From positions 68,304 to 132,303 of the IMG/VR virus record IMGVR_UViG_3300023184_000042: a stretch of DNA of 64,000 nt; one strand, given 5' to 3'. The translations under genes and the position numbers were made by a program. The notes below the pieces were generated by a model that was not told the DNA's origin, made no database searches, and saw nothing but the letters and a program-made list of their open reading frames with translations. This document shows positions 27,365 through 36,118 of this stretch, in pieces. The DNA comes from a virus. Position 1 is the stretch's first letter. Every line of letters begins with the position of its first letter.

Positions 27365-28957
27365 ATGTCAAATACAAATATGTCCTTAAAGGATATTATT
27401 AAGGAAGAATACAAAAAATGTTTGTTAGATCCTGTTCACTTCATGAAGAAGTACTGTCAGATTCAACATCCACAAAAAGGTAAAATTCCATTTCACTTAT
27501 ATCCATTTCAAGAAAGAGCGTTACGTGATTTAAGAGACCATGATTATAATGTAATTTTAAAATCTAGACAGTTAGGTATTTCAACTTTATCTGCGGGATA
27601 TGCTTTATGGTTAATGACTTTCTTTAACGATAAAAATATTTTAGTTATTGCAACTAAACAAGAGGTTGCTAAAAACTTAGTTTTAAAGGTAAAGGTAATG
27701 TATGAAAATTTACCTTCATGGCTGAAATTACCGGCTACAGAAGATAATAAATTATCATTAAGATTAAATAACGGTTCGCAAATTAAAGCAACGTCATCGT
27801 CAGGGGACTCAGGTCGTTCTGAAGCATTGTCTTTATTAATAATAGATGAGGCAGCATTTATTTCCAATGTAGAAGAAATTTGGATATCAGCACAACAAAC
27901 TCTAGCAACTGGAGGAGGAGCTATTATTTTATCAACGCCTAACGGTACTGGTAATTTCTTTCATCAAACATGGGTAGGGGCTGAAGAAGGAACTAATCAA
28001 TTTAACACAATTAGACTGCATTGGTCTGTGCATCCTGACAGAGATCAAGCTTGGAGAGATAAACAAGATGTTCTTTTAGGATCTAAAGGAGCCGCTCAAG
28101 AATGTGATTGTGACTTTATATCGTCTGGTCAAACTGTAATTGAAGGAGCATTATTGCAATGGTATGAACAAACTTCTGTTCAAGATCCTATAGAAAAACG
28201 TGGTATAGACGGTAATTTATGGATTTGGGAACAGCCTGATTACACAAGAGATTACATTGTAGTAGCTGACGTTGCTCGTGGAGATGGAGGAGATTATTCT
28301 GCATTCCACGTATTAGATGTAGAGTCAATAACTCAAGTAGCAGAATACAAAGGACAAATGAGTACTAAGGATTATGGTAATCTTTTAGTAAATATAGCTA
28401 CAGAATATAATGATGCATTACTAGTAATTGAAAATGCAAATGTGGGCTGGGCTTCAATTCAAGTAGCAATAGATAGGCAATACAAAAATATTTACTATTC
28501 TCCTAAAGATGGTGGTATATCAGATGTCTCCCAACAACTAGCACGATATGTAGATTTAAAAGATACTTCTCAAATGACTCCTGGATTTACAACTTCTTCT
28601 AGAACAAGGCCATTAGTGATATCAAAATTAGATACTTATATGAGAGAGCGAATTCCAGTAATTCGCAGTAAACGACTCATAGCAGAACTTTTTGTATTTA
28701 TTTGGAATGGTTCCAGAGCAGAAGCACAACGAGGGTATAATGACGATTTAACTATGGCATTTTGTATTACACTATGGATTAGAGATACGGCATTGAAACT
28801 TCGTCAACAAGGAATGGAATTGAATAGAAAAACTTTAGAACACTTTGGAAAAGGTGCCGGAGCATATTCAGCAGGATACCGAAGTGATGTAGGATGGTCA
28901 ATGAATACAGGTCACAATGGTCAAGGTCATGATGAAGATTTACGCTGGTTATTATAA
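27365..28957 (+). CDS. gp17: Terminase large subunit (T4 gp17-like)
   Basis: LYPFQ; LKSRQLGIST Walker A; LLIIDEAAF Walker B; STPNG; nuclease ADVARGDGGDYS and NDDL. Confidence 0.96.
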   Translation: MSNTNMSLKDIIKEEYKKCLLDPVHFMKKYCQIQHPQKGKIPFHLYPFQERALRDLRDHDYNVILKSRQLGISTLSAGYALWLMTFFNDKNILVIATKQEVAKNLVLKVKVMYENLPSWLKLPATEDNKLSLRLNNGSQIKATSSSGDSGRSEALSLLIIDEAAFISNVEEIWISAQQTLATGGGAIILSTPNGTGNFFHQTWVGAEEGTNQFNTIRLHWSVHPDRDQAWRDKQDVLLGSKGAAQECDCDFISSGQTVIEGALLQWYEQTSVQDPIEKRGIDGNLWIWEQPDYTRDYIVVADVARGDGGDYSAFHVLDVESITQVAEYKGQMSTKDYGNLLVNIATEYNDALLVIENANVGWASIQVAIDRQYKNIYYSPKDGGISDVSQQLARYVDLKDTSQMTPGFTTSSRTRPLVISKLDTYMRERIPVIRSKRLIAELFVFIWNGSRAEAQRGYNDDLTMAFCITLWIRDTALKLRQQGMELNRKTLEHFGKGAGAYSAGYRSDVGWSMNTGHNGQGHDEDLRWLL

Positions 28958-28962
28958 AGATT

Positions 28963-28971
28963 GATATTTAT
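28963..28971 (+). promoter_or_regulatory. Late promoter motif GATATTTAT
   Basis: 21 nt before the portal ATG. Confidence 0.65.
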
Positions 28972-28992
28972 TTAAAATCACTTAATTAAATT

Positions 28993-30879
28993 ATGGCAGA
29001 AAAAACATTATTTGGTCGTCTTAAACGTCTCTTTAACAACAACGTAATTGTGCGTAAAGTTGGTAAAGATAAACTACGCGTTATTGACAATGACCATTTA
29101 CAGTCAATGGGTAATCCGCACAATTCAAGATATACCGACAGATTTACTCGTTTGCATGGAGTTCGTCCATACTCATCAAATACATACAATCCTAATTACA
29201 ATTACTTTTCTTCAAAGGTAGAGTTGTATACAGATTACGAAACAATGGATCAAGATGCTATTATCAATTCAACACTAGACATTTATGCTGATGAAGCTGT
29301 AATGAAAGATGACTTTGGTGATGTGTTAAGAATTACTAGTAATGACGAAAATACAAAAAAGATACTTCATAACTTATTCTATGACATTTTAAATATTGAA
29401 TTTAATTTATGGCCATGGGTTAGAAATATGTGTAAGTATGGAGATTTCTATTTGAAATTAGACGTAGCTGAAGAAATAGGAGTTATCAATGTAGTTCCTT
29501 TATCAGCATATGAAATTATTCGTGAGGAAGGTATGGACCCTAATAATCCATACGCTGTACAATTCAAGCAGCAAGGAGAAGGAAATATAATATATGAAAA
29601 CTTTGAAATAGCTCATTTTAGATTGTTAACAGATTCAAACTTCTTACCTTATGGTAGGTCAATGATTGAAGGAGGTAGAAAAGTTTGGAAGCAATTAACG
29701 CTAATGGAAGATGCTATGTTAATTCATAGAATCATGAGAGCTCCTGAAAAAAGAATTTTCAAAATAGACGTTGGTAATATTCCGCCTAATGAAGTTGATT
29801 CATACATGCAGAAAATTGTCAATAATATGAAAAAGACTCCATTCGTTGATCAAAACACAGGAGATTATAATCTTAAATTTAATATGCAAAACATGTTAGA
29901 AGATTATTTCTTACCTGTAAGGGGTGGAGCTTCTGGTACTGAAATTGACACTTTAGCTGGAATGGAATTTACAGGTATTGATGATATTGAGTACTTAAGA
30001 AATAAAATGATGGCAGCTTTAAAAGTGCCAAAAGCATTTTTAGGATATGAAGAAGGAGTAGGAGGAAAAGCAACTCTTGCTGCTGAAGATGTTCGATTTG
30101 CAAGAACTATTGAAAGACTTCAAAGAATTGTAATTTCAGAATTGTATAAAATAGCTATTGTACATTTATCTGCACAAGGTTATGAAAACTCAGAGTTAGC
30201 TGACTTTGAATTAACAATGACTTCTCCGTCGACAGTATATGAGCAAGAAAAATTAGTTCTTTATAATACCAAAGTTGATTTAGCTAAATCAATGTTAGAA
30301 GGTAAAATAATTTCCAAAGACTGGATTTTCAGAAATATATTTAATTTTGCAGATGACGAGATTGAAGAAATTGCTCAAGGTATTATTCAAGATCAAAAAG
30401 AAACTTTTAGAATGACTAAAATTTCTGAAGAAGGGGAAGATCCTTTAGATGAATTTAATAAAAAGAAAGAAGATCAAGAATCTGGTGAAGAAGGAGGCGA
30501 AGAAAGTGGTGAAGAAAAAGGTCCTGAGGGTGAAGGAGGCGAAGCTGAAGAAAAAGGAGCTAATCCATTTGGAGAAGGAATTGATGAGGACCTAGAAAAA
30601 AAATATGATAAACGTTCTAAAAATAGAAAAACACCTAAGGTACCTGAAGGAGGATGGCCAGGGGCTGGTAGGCCTAAAGAAGGAATGAAATACAATACTC
30701 ATGAACATCCTAGAGGATATGATCCAATTGGTAGAGTTGCTTGGAAAAACGCAAGAAATGAATCTGTAAATTTAATTAAAAAATACGGATTAGAAAAATT
30801 TGTAAATAAAAAAGCGACTTTATTATCAGAACATACTAGTATAGATGATGAGTCAAGTATTTTGCCAGAAGGAAATTAA
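28993..30879 (+). CDS. gp20: Portal protein (T4 gp20-like) with an acidic/basic C-terminal extension
   Basis: LMEDAMLIHRIMRAPEKRIFKIDVGNIP, MLEDYFLPVRGG..GTEIDTLAG and DIEYL...ALKVPK. Confidence 0.96.
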   Translation: MAEKTLFGRLKRLFNNNVIVRKVGKDKLRVIDNDHLQSMGNPHNSRYTDRFTRLHGVRPYSSNTYNPNYNYFSSKVELYTDYETMDQDAIINSTLDIYADEAVMKDDFGDVLRITSNDENTKKILHNLFYDILNIEFNLWPWVRNMCKYGDFYLKLDVAEEIGVINVVPLSAYEIIREEGMDPNNPYAVQFKQQGEGNIIYENFEIAHFRLLTDSNFLPYGRSMIEGGRKVWKQLTLMEDAMLIHRIMRAPEKRIFKIDVGNIPPNEVDSYMQKIVNNMKKTPFVDQNTGDYNLKFNMQNMLEDYFLPVRGGASGTEIDTLAGMEFTGIDDIEYLRNKMMAALKVPKAFLGYEEGVGGKATLAAEDVRFARTIERLQRIVISELYKIAIVHLSAQGYENSELADFELTMTSPSTVYEQEKLVLYNTKVDLAKSMLEGKIISKDWIFRNIFNFADDEIEEIAQGIIQDQKETFRMTKISEEGEDPLDEFNKKKEDQESGEEGGEESGEEKGPEGEGGEAEEKGANPFGEGIDEDLEKKYDKRSKNRKTPKVPEGGWPGAGRPKEGMKYNTHEHPRGYDPIGRVAWKNARNESVNLIKKYGLEKFVNKKATLLSEHTSIDDESSILPEGN

Positions 30880-30893
30880 AACATTAGAAAGTT

Positions 30894-30902
30894 CATATTT
30901 AT
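30894..30902 (+). promoter_or_regulatory. Late promoter motif CATATTTAT
   Basis: 25 nt before ATG 30928. Confidence 0.65.
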
Positions 30903-30927
30903 TATTAAAAAGAAACACATAGCCTGA

Positions 30928-31773
30928 ATGAAAAATTTAAAGCACTCAAAGTTTAAAAACACCGGCGTACTATTCGAATTACTTGTTCGCCAAGTTGCGT
31001 CCGATACTTTGAACAATAATGATTCAAAGGCGATACCGCTTATCAAGAAGTATTTTGCTAAATCAACAACTTTAGCAAAAGAACTTAACTTGTATCAAAC
31101 TTTAGTTAAAGAGCATTTCACAAAAGAAGAAAAAGCTAATCATTTAATTGAAGCAGTGTTAGTGGCTAAATCGCAAATTAATCAAGCAACGTTGAACAGA
31201 CAAAAATATAACTTGATTAAAGAAATTCGAGATACATATAATATTGAAGATTTTTTCAAATCAAAAGTTAATAACTATAAAACTCTAGCAGCAATTTATA
31301 AATTATTTGAATTTACCATTGCTGATAACCCTACAGAGTCTGTTAATAACAGGTACACTATTATTGAGCATATAACTCGTAAAGAAGTAAAAGTTAAAGC
31401 AGAGTTAAATGAAATGGCTGCGTTTGTTAAACAAGACAAAGATGTTAGATTGTTATCTTATAAAATTTTAGTTGATAAATTCAATGACAAATATTCAAAT
31501 TTGAATGAAGGTCAAAAATCAATTTTAAGAAACTATATTAATACAGTTTCAGACGGTCCAGATTTAAAAGATTTTGTTGTTAAAGAGTCCGCTAAACTGC
31601 AAAAAGACTTAAAGTCGTTAACTTCAAAAGTTGATGATGCTGTCGTAAAAATTAAATTAGCTGAAGTAACTAATTTGCTAAATGAGCTAGCTTCTGTTAA
31701 GACAATTAAAGACAATCATATTTTGAATTTGTTACGTTATCATGAATTAATTAAAGAACTTAAAAAAGTATAA
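30928..31773 (+). CDS. Helical head-morphogenesis protein (prohead core-like)
   Basis: Lies between portal and protease; KHSKFKNTGVLFELL; NLNEGQK motif also present in the scaffold. Confidence 0.55.
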   Translation: MKNLKHSKFKNTGVLFELLVRQVASDTLNNNDSKAIPLIKKYFAKSTTLAKELNLYQTLVKEHFTKEEKANHLIEAVLVAKSQINQATLNRQKYNLIKEIRDTYNIEDFFKSKVNNYKTLAAIYKLFEFTIADNPTESVNNRYTIIEHITRKEVKVKAELNEMAAFVKQDKDVRLLSYKILVDKFNDKYSNLNEGQKSILRNYINTVSDGPDLKDFVVKESAKLQKDLKSLTSKVDDAVVKIKLAEVTNLLNELASVKTIKDNHILNLLRYHELIKELKKV

Positions 31774-31775
31774 CA

Positions 31776-32126
31776 ATGGCAAAATTCGGAGGTAATCCAG
31801 TAAACCCAGTATATGTAAACACAAGCGGTAACAATGTTGCCGGTTATTCTGGAGTATATCATCAAAGTGATGCAAACGGTTCATTTTCTAAAACTATTAG
31901 AGTAACTGGCTCTTTAAACAATCCTTTAACACTAACAGGAAGCTTCGCAAACAATGCAGGGTTTATAGTAATGAACACCGCAAGTTTAAATTTATCAGCA
32001 TCTAATGGTACTCAATATGTTGGAGCAGATTTTCATATGCCAGGGCAAAATCATACTATATATCCAATTCAATTATCATACGTTTCTGCATCTGCAGGAG
32101 GTGATATAACCGTATTATACTATTAA
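31776..32126 (+). CDS. Small virion protein (possible head decoration)
   Basis: Beta-rich, five TGS/SAS/TAS motifs, in the head cluster. Confidence 0.45.
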   Translation: MAKFGGNPVNPVYVNTSGNNVAGYSGVYHQSDANGSFSKTIRVTGSLNNPLTLTGSFANNAGFIVMNTASLNLSASNGTQYVGADFHMPGQNHTIYPIQLSYVSASAGGDITVLYY

Positions 32127-32135
32127 AAATAATTT

Positions 32136-32564
32136 ATGTCATATTCAGATTCATTTAAAAAATTCCTTTTAAAGGAAGCAGCTTTAGATACCGGGGAGCC
32201 TAATAGATATATGTTTTTTAGTAATATTAAACAAATACATAGACAATGTGAAATTTTATTAAAAATGGATCAGGCTCAACTTGAAACTATTTTAGATTCT
32301 GGGCATGACTGGGCTGAAGATCATATGACAGCTGCAACTACTCAAATAGACGATGTGTTTGATTTTTTAATGAATGAAACTAAGTCAGAAGTTACTGAAA
32401 TGTCTGATTCAGGCGGAGCAGGACCTTACAGCACCCCTAACGCTTTTGGAGATTTAGGAAATGACACTATTGAAATGTTAGGATATAAAAAAGTCAAAAA
32501 GAAAAAATCAAATGTAGCGGAATCTACTTTTATGAGGTTGTCGTCTCAATTACATTTAAAATAA
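32136..32564 (+). CDS. Putative head-packaged protein
   Basis: MSYSDSFKKFLLKE leader; MNE/VTE/VAE sites; acidic. Confidence 0.55.
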   Translation: MSYSDSFKKFLLKEAALDTGEPNRYMFFSNIKQIHRQCEILLKMDQAQLETILDSGHDWAEDHMTAATTQIDDVFDFLMNETKSEVTEMSDSGGAGPYSTPNAFGDLGNDTIEMLGYKKVKKKKSNVAESTFMRLSSQLHLK

Positions 32565-32568
32565 TATC

Positions 32569-33180
32569 ATGGAAAATAAAAAATTATTAGTAGACTATAT
32601 CACCTTTGAAGTTTCGCCAGAGAAGATAAACGAGTCTATAGAGAAAAACGGAGGCCGCTTAATGGTTAAAGGTACATTGCAAAGAGCAGACGCTTTAAAT
32701 CAGAATGGACGTAAATATCCTAAAGATATATTAATGCGTGAAGCTAAAAAGTATTCTGATATTAATATCAAAGAAAGAAGAGCGTTAGGAGAATTAGATC
32801 ATCCAGATTCTTCAGTTGTCAATTTAAACAATGTATCTCATAACATTACTGAAATGCATTGGGAAGGCAATGATTTATGTGGAACTGTAGAAGTTTTATC
32901 AACACCTTCAGGAAACATCTTAAAAGAATTATTCAAATGCGGTATTAAATTGGGCATCTCGAGCCGTGGTTTAGGGTCTGTCAAACAGCTTGGAGAATCT
33001 GAAGTTGAAGTGCAAAATGACTTTGAATTAATTGCTTTTGATTTTGTATCTAATCCATCAACTCAAGGAGCGTTTTTAGCGCCAATGCATGAATCTGTTA
33101 ATCACAATCAAACACATCAGTCATCTAAATATGGCAATGTAAATAGATTGATAACTGATATCTTAACTGACACTAAATAA
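32569..33180 (+). CDS. gp21: Prohead protease (T4 gp21-like)
   Basis: NQNGRKYP, ALGELDHP, VSH, GISSRGLGS and DFVSNPS. Confidence 0.95.
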   Translation: MENKKLLVDYITFEVSPEKINESIEKNGGRLMVKGTLQRADALNQNGRKYPKDILMREAKKYSDINIKERRALGELDHPDSSVVNLNNVSHNITEMHWEGNDLCGTVEVLSTPSGNILKELFKCGIKLGISSRGLGSVKQLGESEVEVQNDFELIAFDFVSNPSTQGAFLAPMHESVNHNQTHQSSKYGNVNRLITDILTDTK

Positions 33181-33569
33181 TGAAAGCTGAATTGAAAAGA
33201 CTTATAGAGTCAGAAGTTAGAAAAGCTTTAACTGAATCTATTACAGAACCTTCAGAGCAAATTTTAAAAGGAGCTGTAGATGTATTTAGACAACAAACAG
33301 GTATTAATCCTGCTACTCCTACTTTAACTAAAAAAGGTAATAATGTTGTTGTTTATTCTACTTCTTTAGAAAAAGAAATTAGAACAAATATAATGAAGGC
33401 AATGTTTAATTCTTTAGCTCTAGAAGTTGTAGTAACTCCATTACCAAATATAATAGGAGGATATACATTTTTATTCAGATTTAAGTTTGTTCATCCATTT
33501 GGTAAACAAGAAACTTTAGAGTCTGGAACAGTATTATTTAAAAATAATAAATTCTCAGCACAATTTTAA
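33180..33569 (+). CDS. Putative head-packaged protein
   Basis: MKAELKRLIESEVRKALTESITE leader. Confidence 0.55.
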   Translation: MKAELKRLIESEVRKALTESITEPSEQILKGAVDVFRQQTGINPATPTLTKKGNNVVVYSTSLEKEIRTNIMKAMFNSLALEVVVTPLPNIIGGYTFLFRFKFVHPFGKQETLESGTVLFKNNKFSAQF

Positions 33570-33570
33570 T

Positions 33571-34314
33571 ATGCCATATTCAGTAAGAAAAGAAGATGGA
33601 AAATATGCTGTATATAAAAAAGACTCTGGCAAATTAGTTGGCAGAACAAAAGGAACAAAAGAAGCATTACGAAAATATCTAGCAGCGTTACATTTAAACG
33701 CCGAAAACATAAATAACGAATCTATGAGTAAGAATCCTATTAAACTTGCATCACTTATTAAACTTAAGGAAAATAAGTCTGCGACCGATGGAATGTCATC
33801 GAAACAGAAAAAAGCTTTTTTAGAAGCAGTATATAAATTTGCAGAACATTCTAAATCTATTTACAGAACTCACAATTTAAGAGAGACCTCTAAATATTTA
33901 GGAGAAATGATCAACGCTGCAAATCATTTAACTTTATCAGAGACTGAAGAATGGTTTGATCATCAGACTGTAGGACGTCATATGAAGCATTTAGGGGAGG
34001 CTCACAAAATATTTGAAAAGACTGCTCAAGAAATGTCAACGCTTCAACAACGTCTAGAAGCTTGTTATGAAGACATAGGATCTACATTGAACAAATATTA
34101 TGATGTAGGTGGTATGGTAAACGAAGCTTCAGCAGTAGCAGGAGCAGGTCAAGATTATCAAAAGTTCTTTACAAAAGCAATGAAGAAATTTAAAATTCAA
34201 GAGCCTTCAGATTTAGAAGACGATAAATCAAAGAAAAAATTCTTTAATTGGATTGACGCTAATTATCAAGCACCTGAAGAGCCTAAAGAAGATAACGAAG
34301 AAAAAGAAGAGTAA
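33571..34314 (+). CDS. Head-cluster protein (putative internal/core protein)
   Basis: Basic N-terminal domain, then INNE and internal PIKLASLIKLKE tag; coiled coil. Confidence 0.55.
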   Translation: MPYSVRKEDGKYAVYKKDSGKLVGRTKGTKEALRKYLAALHLNAENINNESMSKNPIKLASLIKLKENKSATDGMSSKQKKAFLEAVYKFAEHSKSIYRTHNLRETSKYLGEMINAANHLTLSETEEWFDHQTVGRHMKHLGEAHKIFEKTAQEMSTLQQRLEACYEDIGSTLNKYYDVGGMVNEASAVAGAGQDYQKFFTKAMKKFKIQEPSDLEDDKSKKKFFNWIDANYQAPEEPKEDNEEKEE

Positions 34315-35033
34315 TGAGATTAGCCCCTATAGCACAAAATATTGTAATACGTTCATATATGAGAACGTTGTTAGAAAATATATCAGGCGATGCAGCTGCT
34401 GTGCAAAAACAAGTAGTTTCATTAGCTAATGAACTAAAAGCAGATGGGGAAGATATTACAGATGAAGAAGTTCAAGCTGCAATGCTTAAAGCATTAATTG
34501 ACGCAGATGGTAAATTAGACCAGGTTGATGTTTCAGATATTGAATCAATTAAAACTGAAATTAAAGAATCAAGAAGTTATTTAACCGAAGAGGGAGGCGC
34601 GCTTCATGCTATTGAGTTAGTAGGTACTATTTTAGGAAATGCCGCATTAATACATTTAATGGCAGGTGGATTTAAGAAAGTGGGTATTAATATGGACGAA
34701 TCTAAATTTAAAAAAAATATAGAAAGAGTTATTGGCTGGGTAAAAACAATAACAGGATTTCCAGCTAAAATGATGGAAAAGGCATTTACTTGGATAGCAA
34801 AAAAATTAGGGCTTGGCTTGACAGGTCAAAAAATAGCAGGATTAGCAGGTACGCTAGTTGTAACCGCTGCCTTTTTAGCATTAGCAATTTATTTATTTCC
34901 ATCCATAACTTCAGGGGTTGCTTTAATGTTCGCATTATCAGGCATGATAGGAAAGTCTTTAGAAATTAAAAAAATCCTAGCTGAAATTTGGGAGCATATC
35001 AAAGAACATCAAGCAGAACTTAAAGCTGCTTAA
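34314..35033 (+). CDS. Putative head-packaged membrane-inserting protein
   Basis: MRLAPIAQ...LLE leader; IKE/LTE sites; two to three hydrophobic helices in the C-terminal half. Confidence 0.55.
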   Translation: MRLAPIAQNIVIRSYMRTLLENISGDAAAVQKQVVSLANELKADGEDITDEEVQAAMLKALIDADGKLDQVDVSDIESIKTEIKESRSYLTEEGGALHAIELVGTILGNAALIHLMAGGFKKVGINMDESKFKKNIERVIGWVKTITGFPAKMMEKAFTWIAKKLGLGLTGQKIAGLAGTLVVTAAFLALAIYLFPSITSGVALMFALSGMIGKSLEIKKILAEIWEHIKEHQAELKAA

Positions 35034-35057
35034 ACTTTTTATAAAAAAATAACTCAA

Positions 35058-35211
35058 ATGGGCGTGTTTTTGTAGACACGTCCATATTTATTGTTATAAC
35101 GCACAATACCTTGCTCATATTACTTCTATGCAAGGTGCATGATAGTATTTATTCTATTAAGATTCCTAATAATCTTATTTCCGATTTTTAAAAAAATAAG
35201 AGGACAAACAC
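35058..35211 (+). promoter_or_regulatory. Hairpin plus late motif (35083-35091) plus structured 5' leader of the scaffold-capsid operon
   Basis: Stems ATGGGCGTGTTT/AGACACGTCCAT, ACCTTGC/GCAAGGT and TAAGATT/AATCTTA; alternative TCTTATTT/AAATAAGA next to AGAGGA. Confidence 0.55.
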
Positions 35212-36090
35212 ATGAAAGATTTATTGAAAGAAGCAATTGCTGATGCAAAAGCTGTAAAACAAACTGCCCTTGCTAATGCTAAATTAGCTTTAGAAGAAGC
35301 GTTTACTCCAAGACTTCAATCTATGTTATCTGCGAAATTAGCTGAAGAACTTTCTGAAGAGGAAGAAGAAGTTGAAGACACATATACAGAAGATGAAAAT
35401 TACGAGGATGACACGACTTCAGAAGCTCCAGTAGAAGAAGGCGAAGAAGAAACCACTCCAGAAGACGTTCCAGCTCAAGACGAAATGGAAGAAGGAGAAG
35501 AAGATGATGATTTAGATTTAGAAGAAATCATCAGAGAATTAGAAGGCGAAGATTCAGAAGAAGAAGTAACAGAAGCAGATGATTTTAACGATTATGATGA
35601 CAATGGAGCTATTTCTGATGAAATGTCTGAAGGAGAAGACGAAGAAGATGAAGACATCGACATCAATGAAATTATTCGTTCTTTAAGAGAAGAAGATGAA
35701 GAAGAAGAAATGACTGAAGGTGAAGAAGAAGATTCTGAGGAATTAGAAGAAGCTTATAACGTAATTCGTTTCTTAAAAGGTAAAATCAATGAAGTTAATT
35801 TATTGAATGCTAAACTTCTTTACTCAAACAAATTGTTCCGTAATTTTGCATTGAATGAAGGTCAAAAAATGAAAGTAATTGAAAACTTTGACAGAGCTCA
35901 TAATTTACGTGAAGTGAAATTAGTTTTCTCAACATTAGCTGAAGGATTCAAATCTCCATCAATTAAAAAGTCAATTAAAGAATCATACGCATCGAAGCCA
36001 GTTGCTTCAACTAAACCAGCAAAGCGTATTTTATCTGAAGGAGCTGATTTAGCATCAAGATTCCAAAAATTAGCAGGTTTAAAAAAATAA
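35212..36090 (+). CDS. Prohead scaffolding/core protein (T4 gp22-like role)
   Basis: Extremely acidic with many xxE sites; immediately upstream of the major capsid gene; ends RFQKLAGLKK. Confidence 0.8.
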   Translation: MKDLLKEAIADAKAVKQTALANAKLALEEAFTPRLQSMLSAKLAEELSEEEEEVEDTYTEDENYEDDTTSEAPVEEGEEETTPEDVPAQDEMEEGEEDDDLDLEEIIRELEGEDSEEEVTEADDFNDYDDNGAISDEMSEGEDEEDEDIDINEIIRSLREEDEEEEMTEGEEEDSEELEEAYNVIRFLKGKINEVNLLNAKLLYSNKLFRNFALNEGQKMKVIENFDRAHNLREVKLVFSTLAEGFKSPSIKKSIKESYASKPVASTKPAKRILSEGADLASRFQKLAGLKK

Positions 36091-36118
36091 TTAAAAACAA
36101 CAAAAAACACAAAACAAT

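Noticed and set aside
27365-27420. Terminase N-terminus MSLKDIIKEEY as another capsid-targeting tag
   Set aside because: It resembles the tags, but runs straight into the EYKKC..DP..F helix typical of gp17-like terminases, so it was not counted
35034-35211. tRNA or other known ncRNA in the larger intergenic gaps
   Set aside because: No cloverleaf or T-loop GTTC pattern was recognised here or in the 45714-45863 and 60106-60246 gaps
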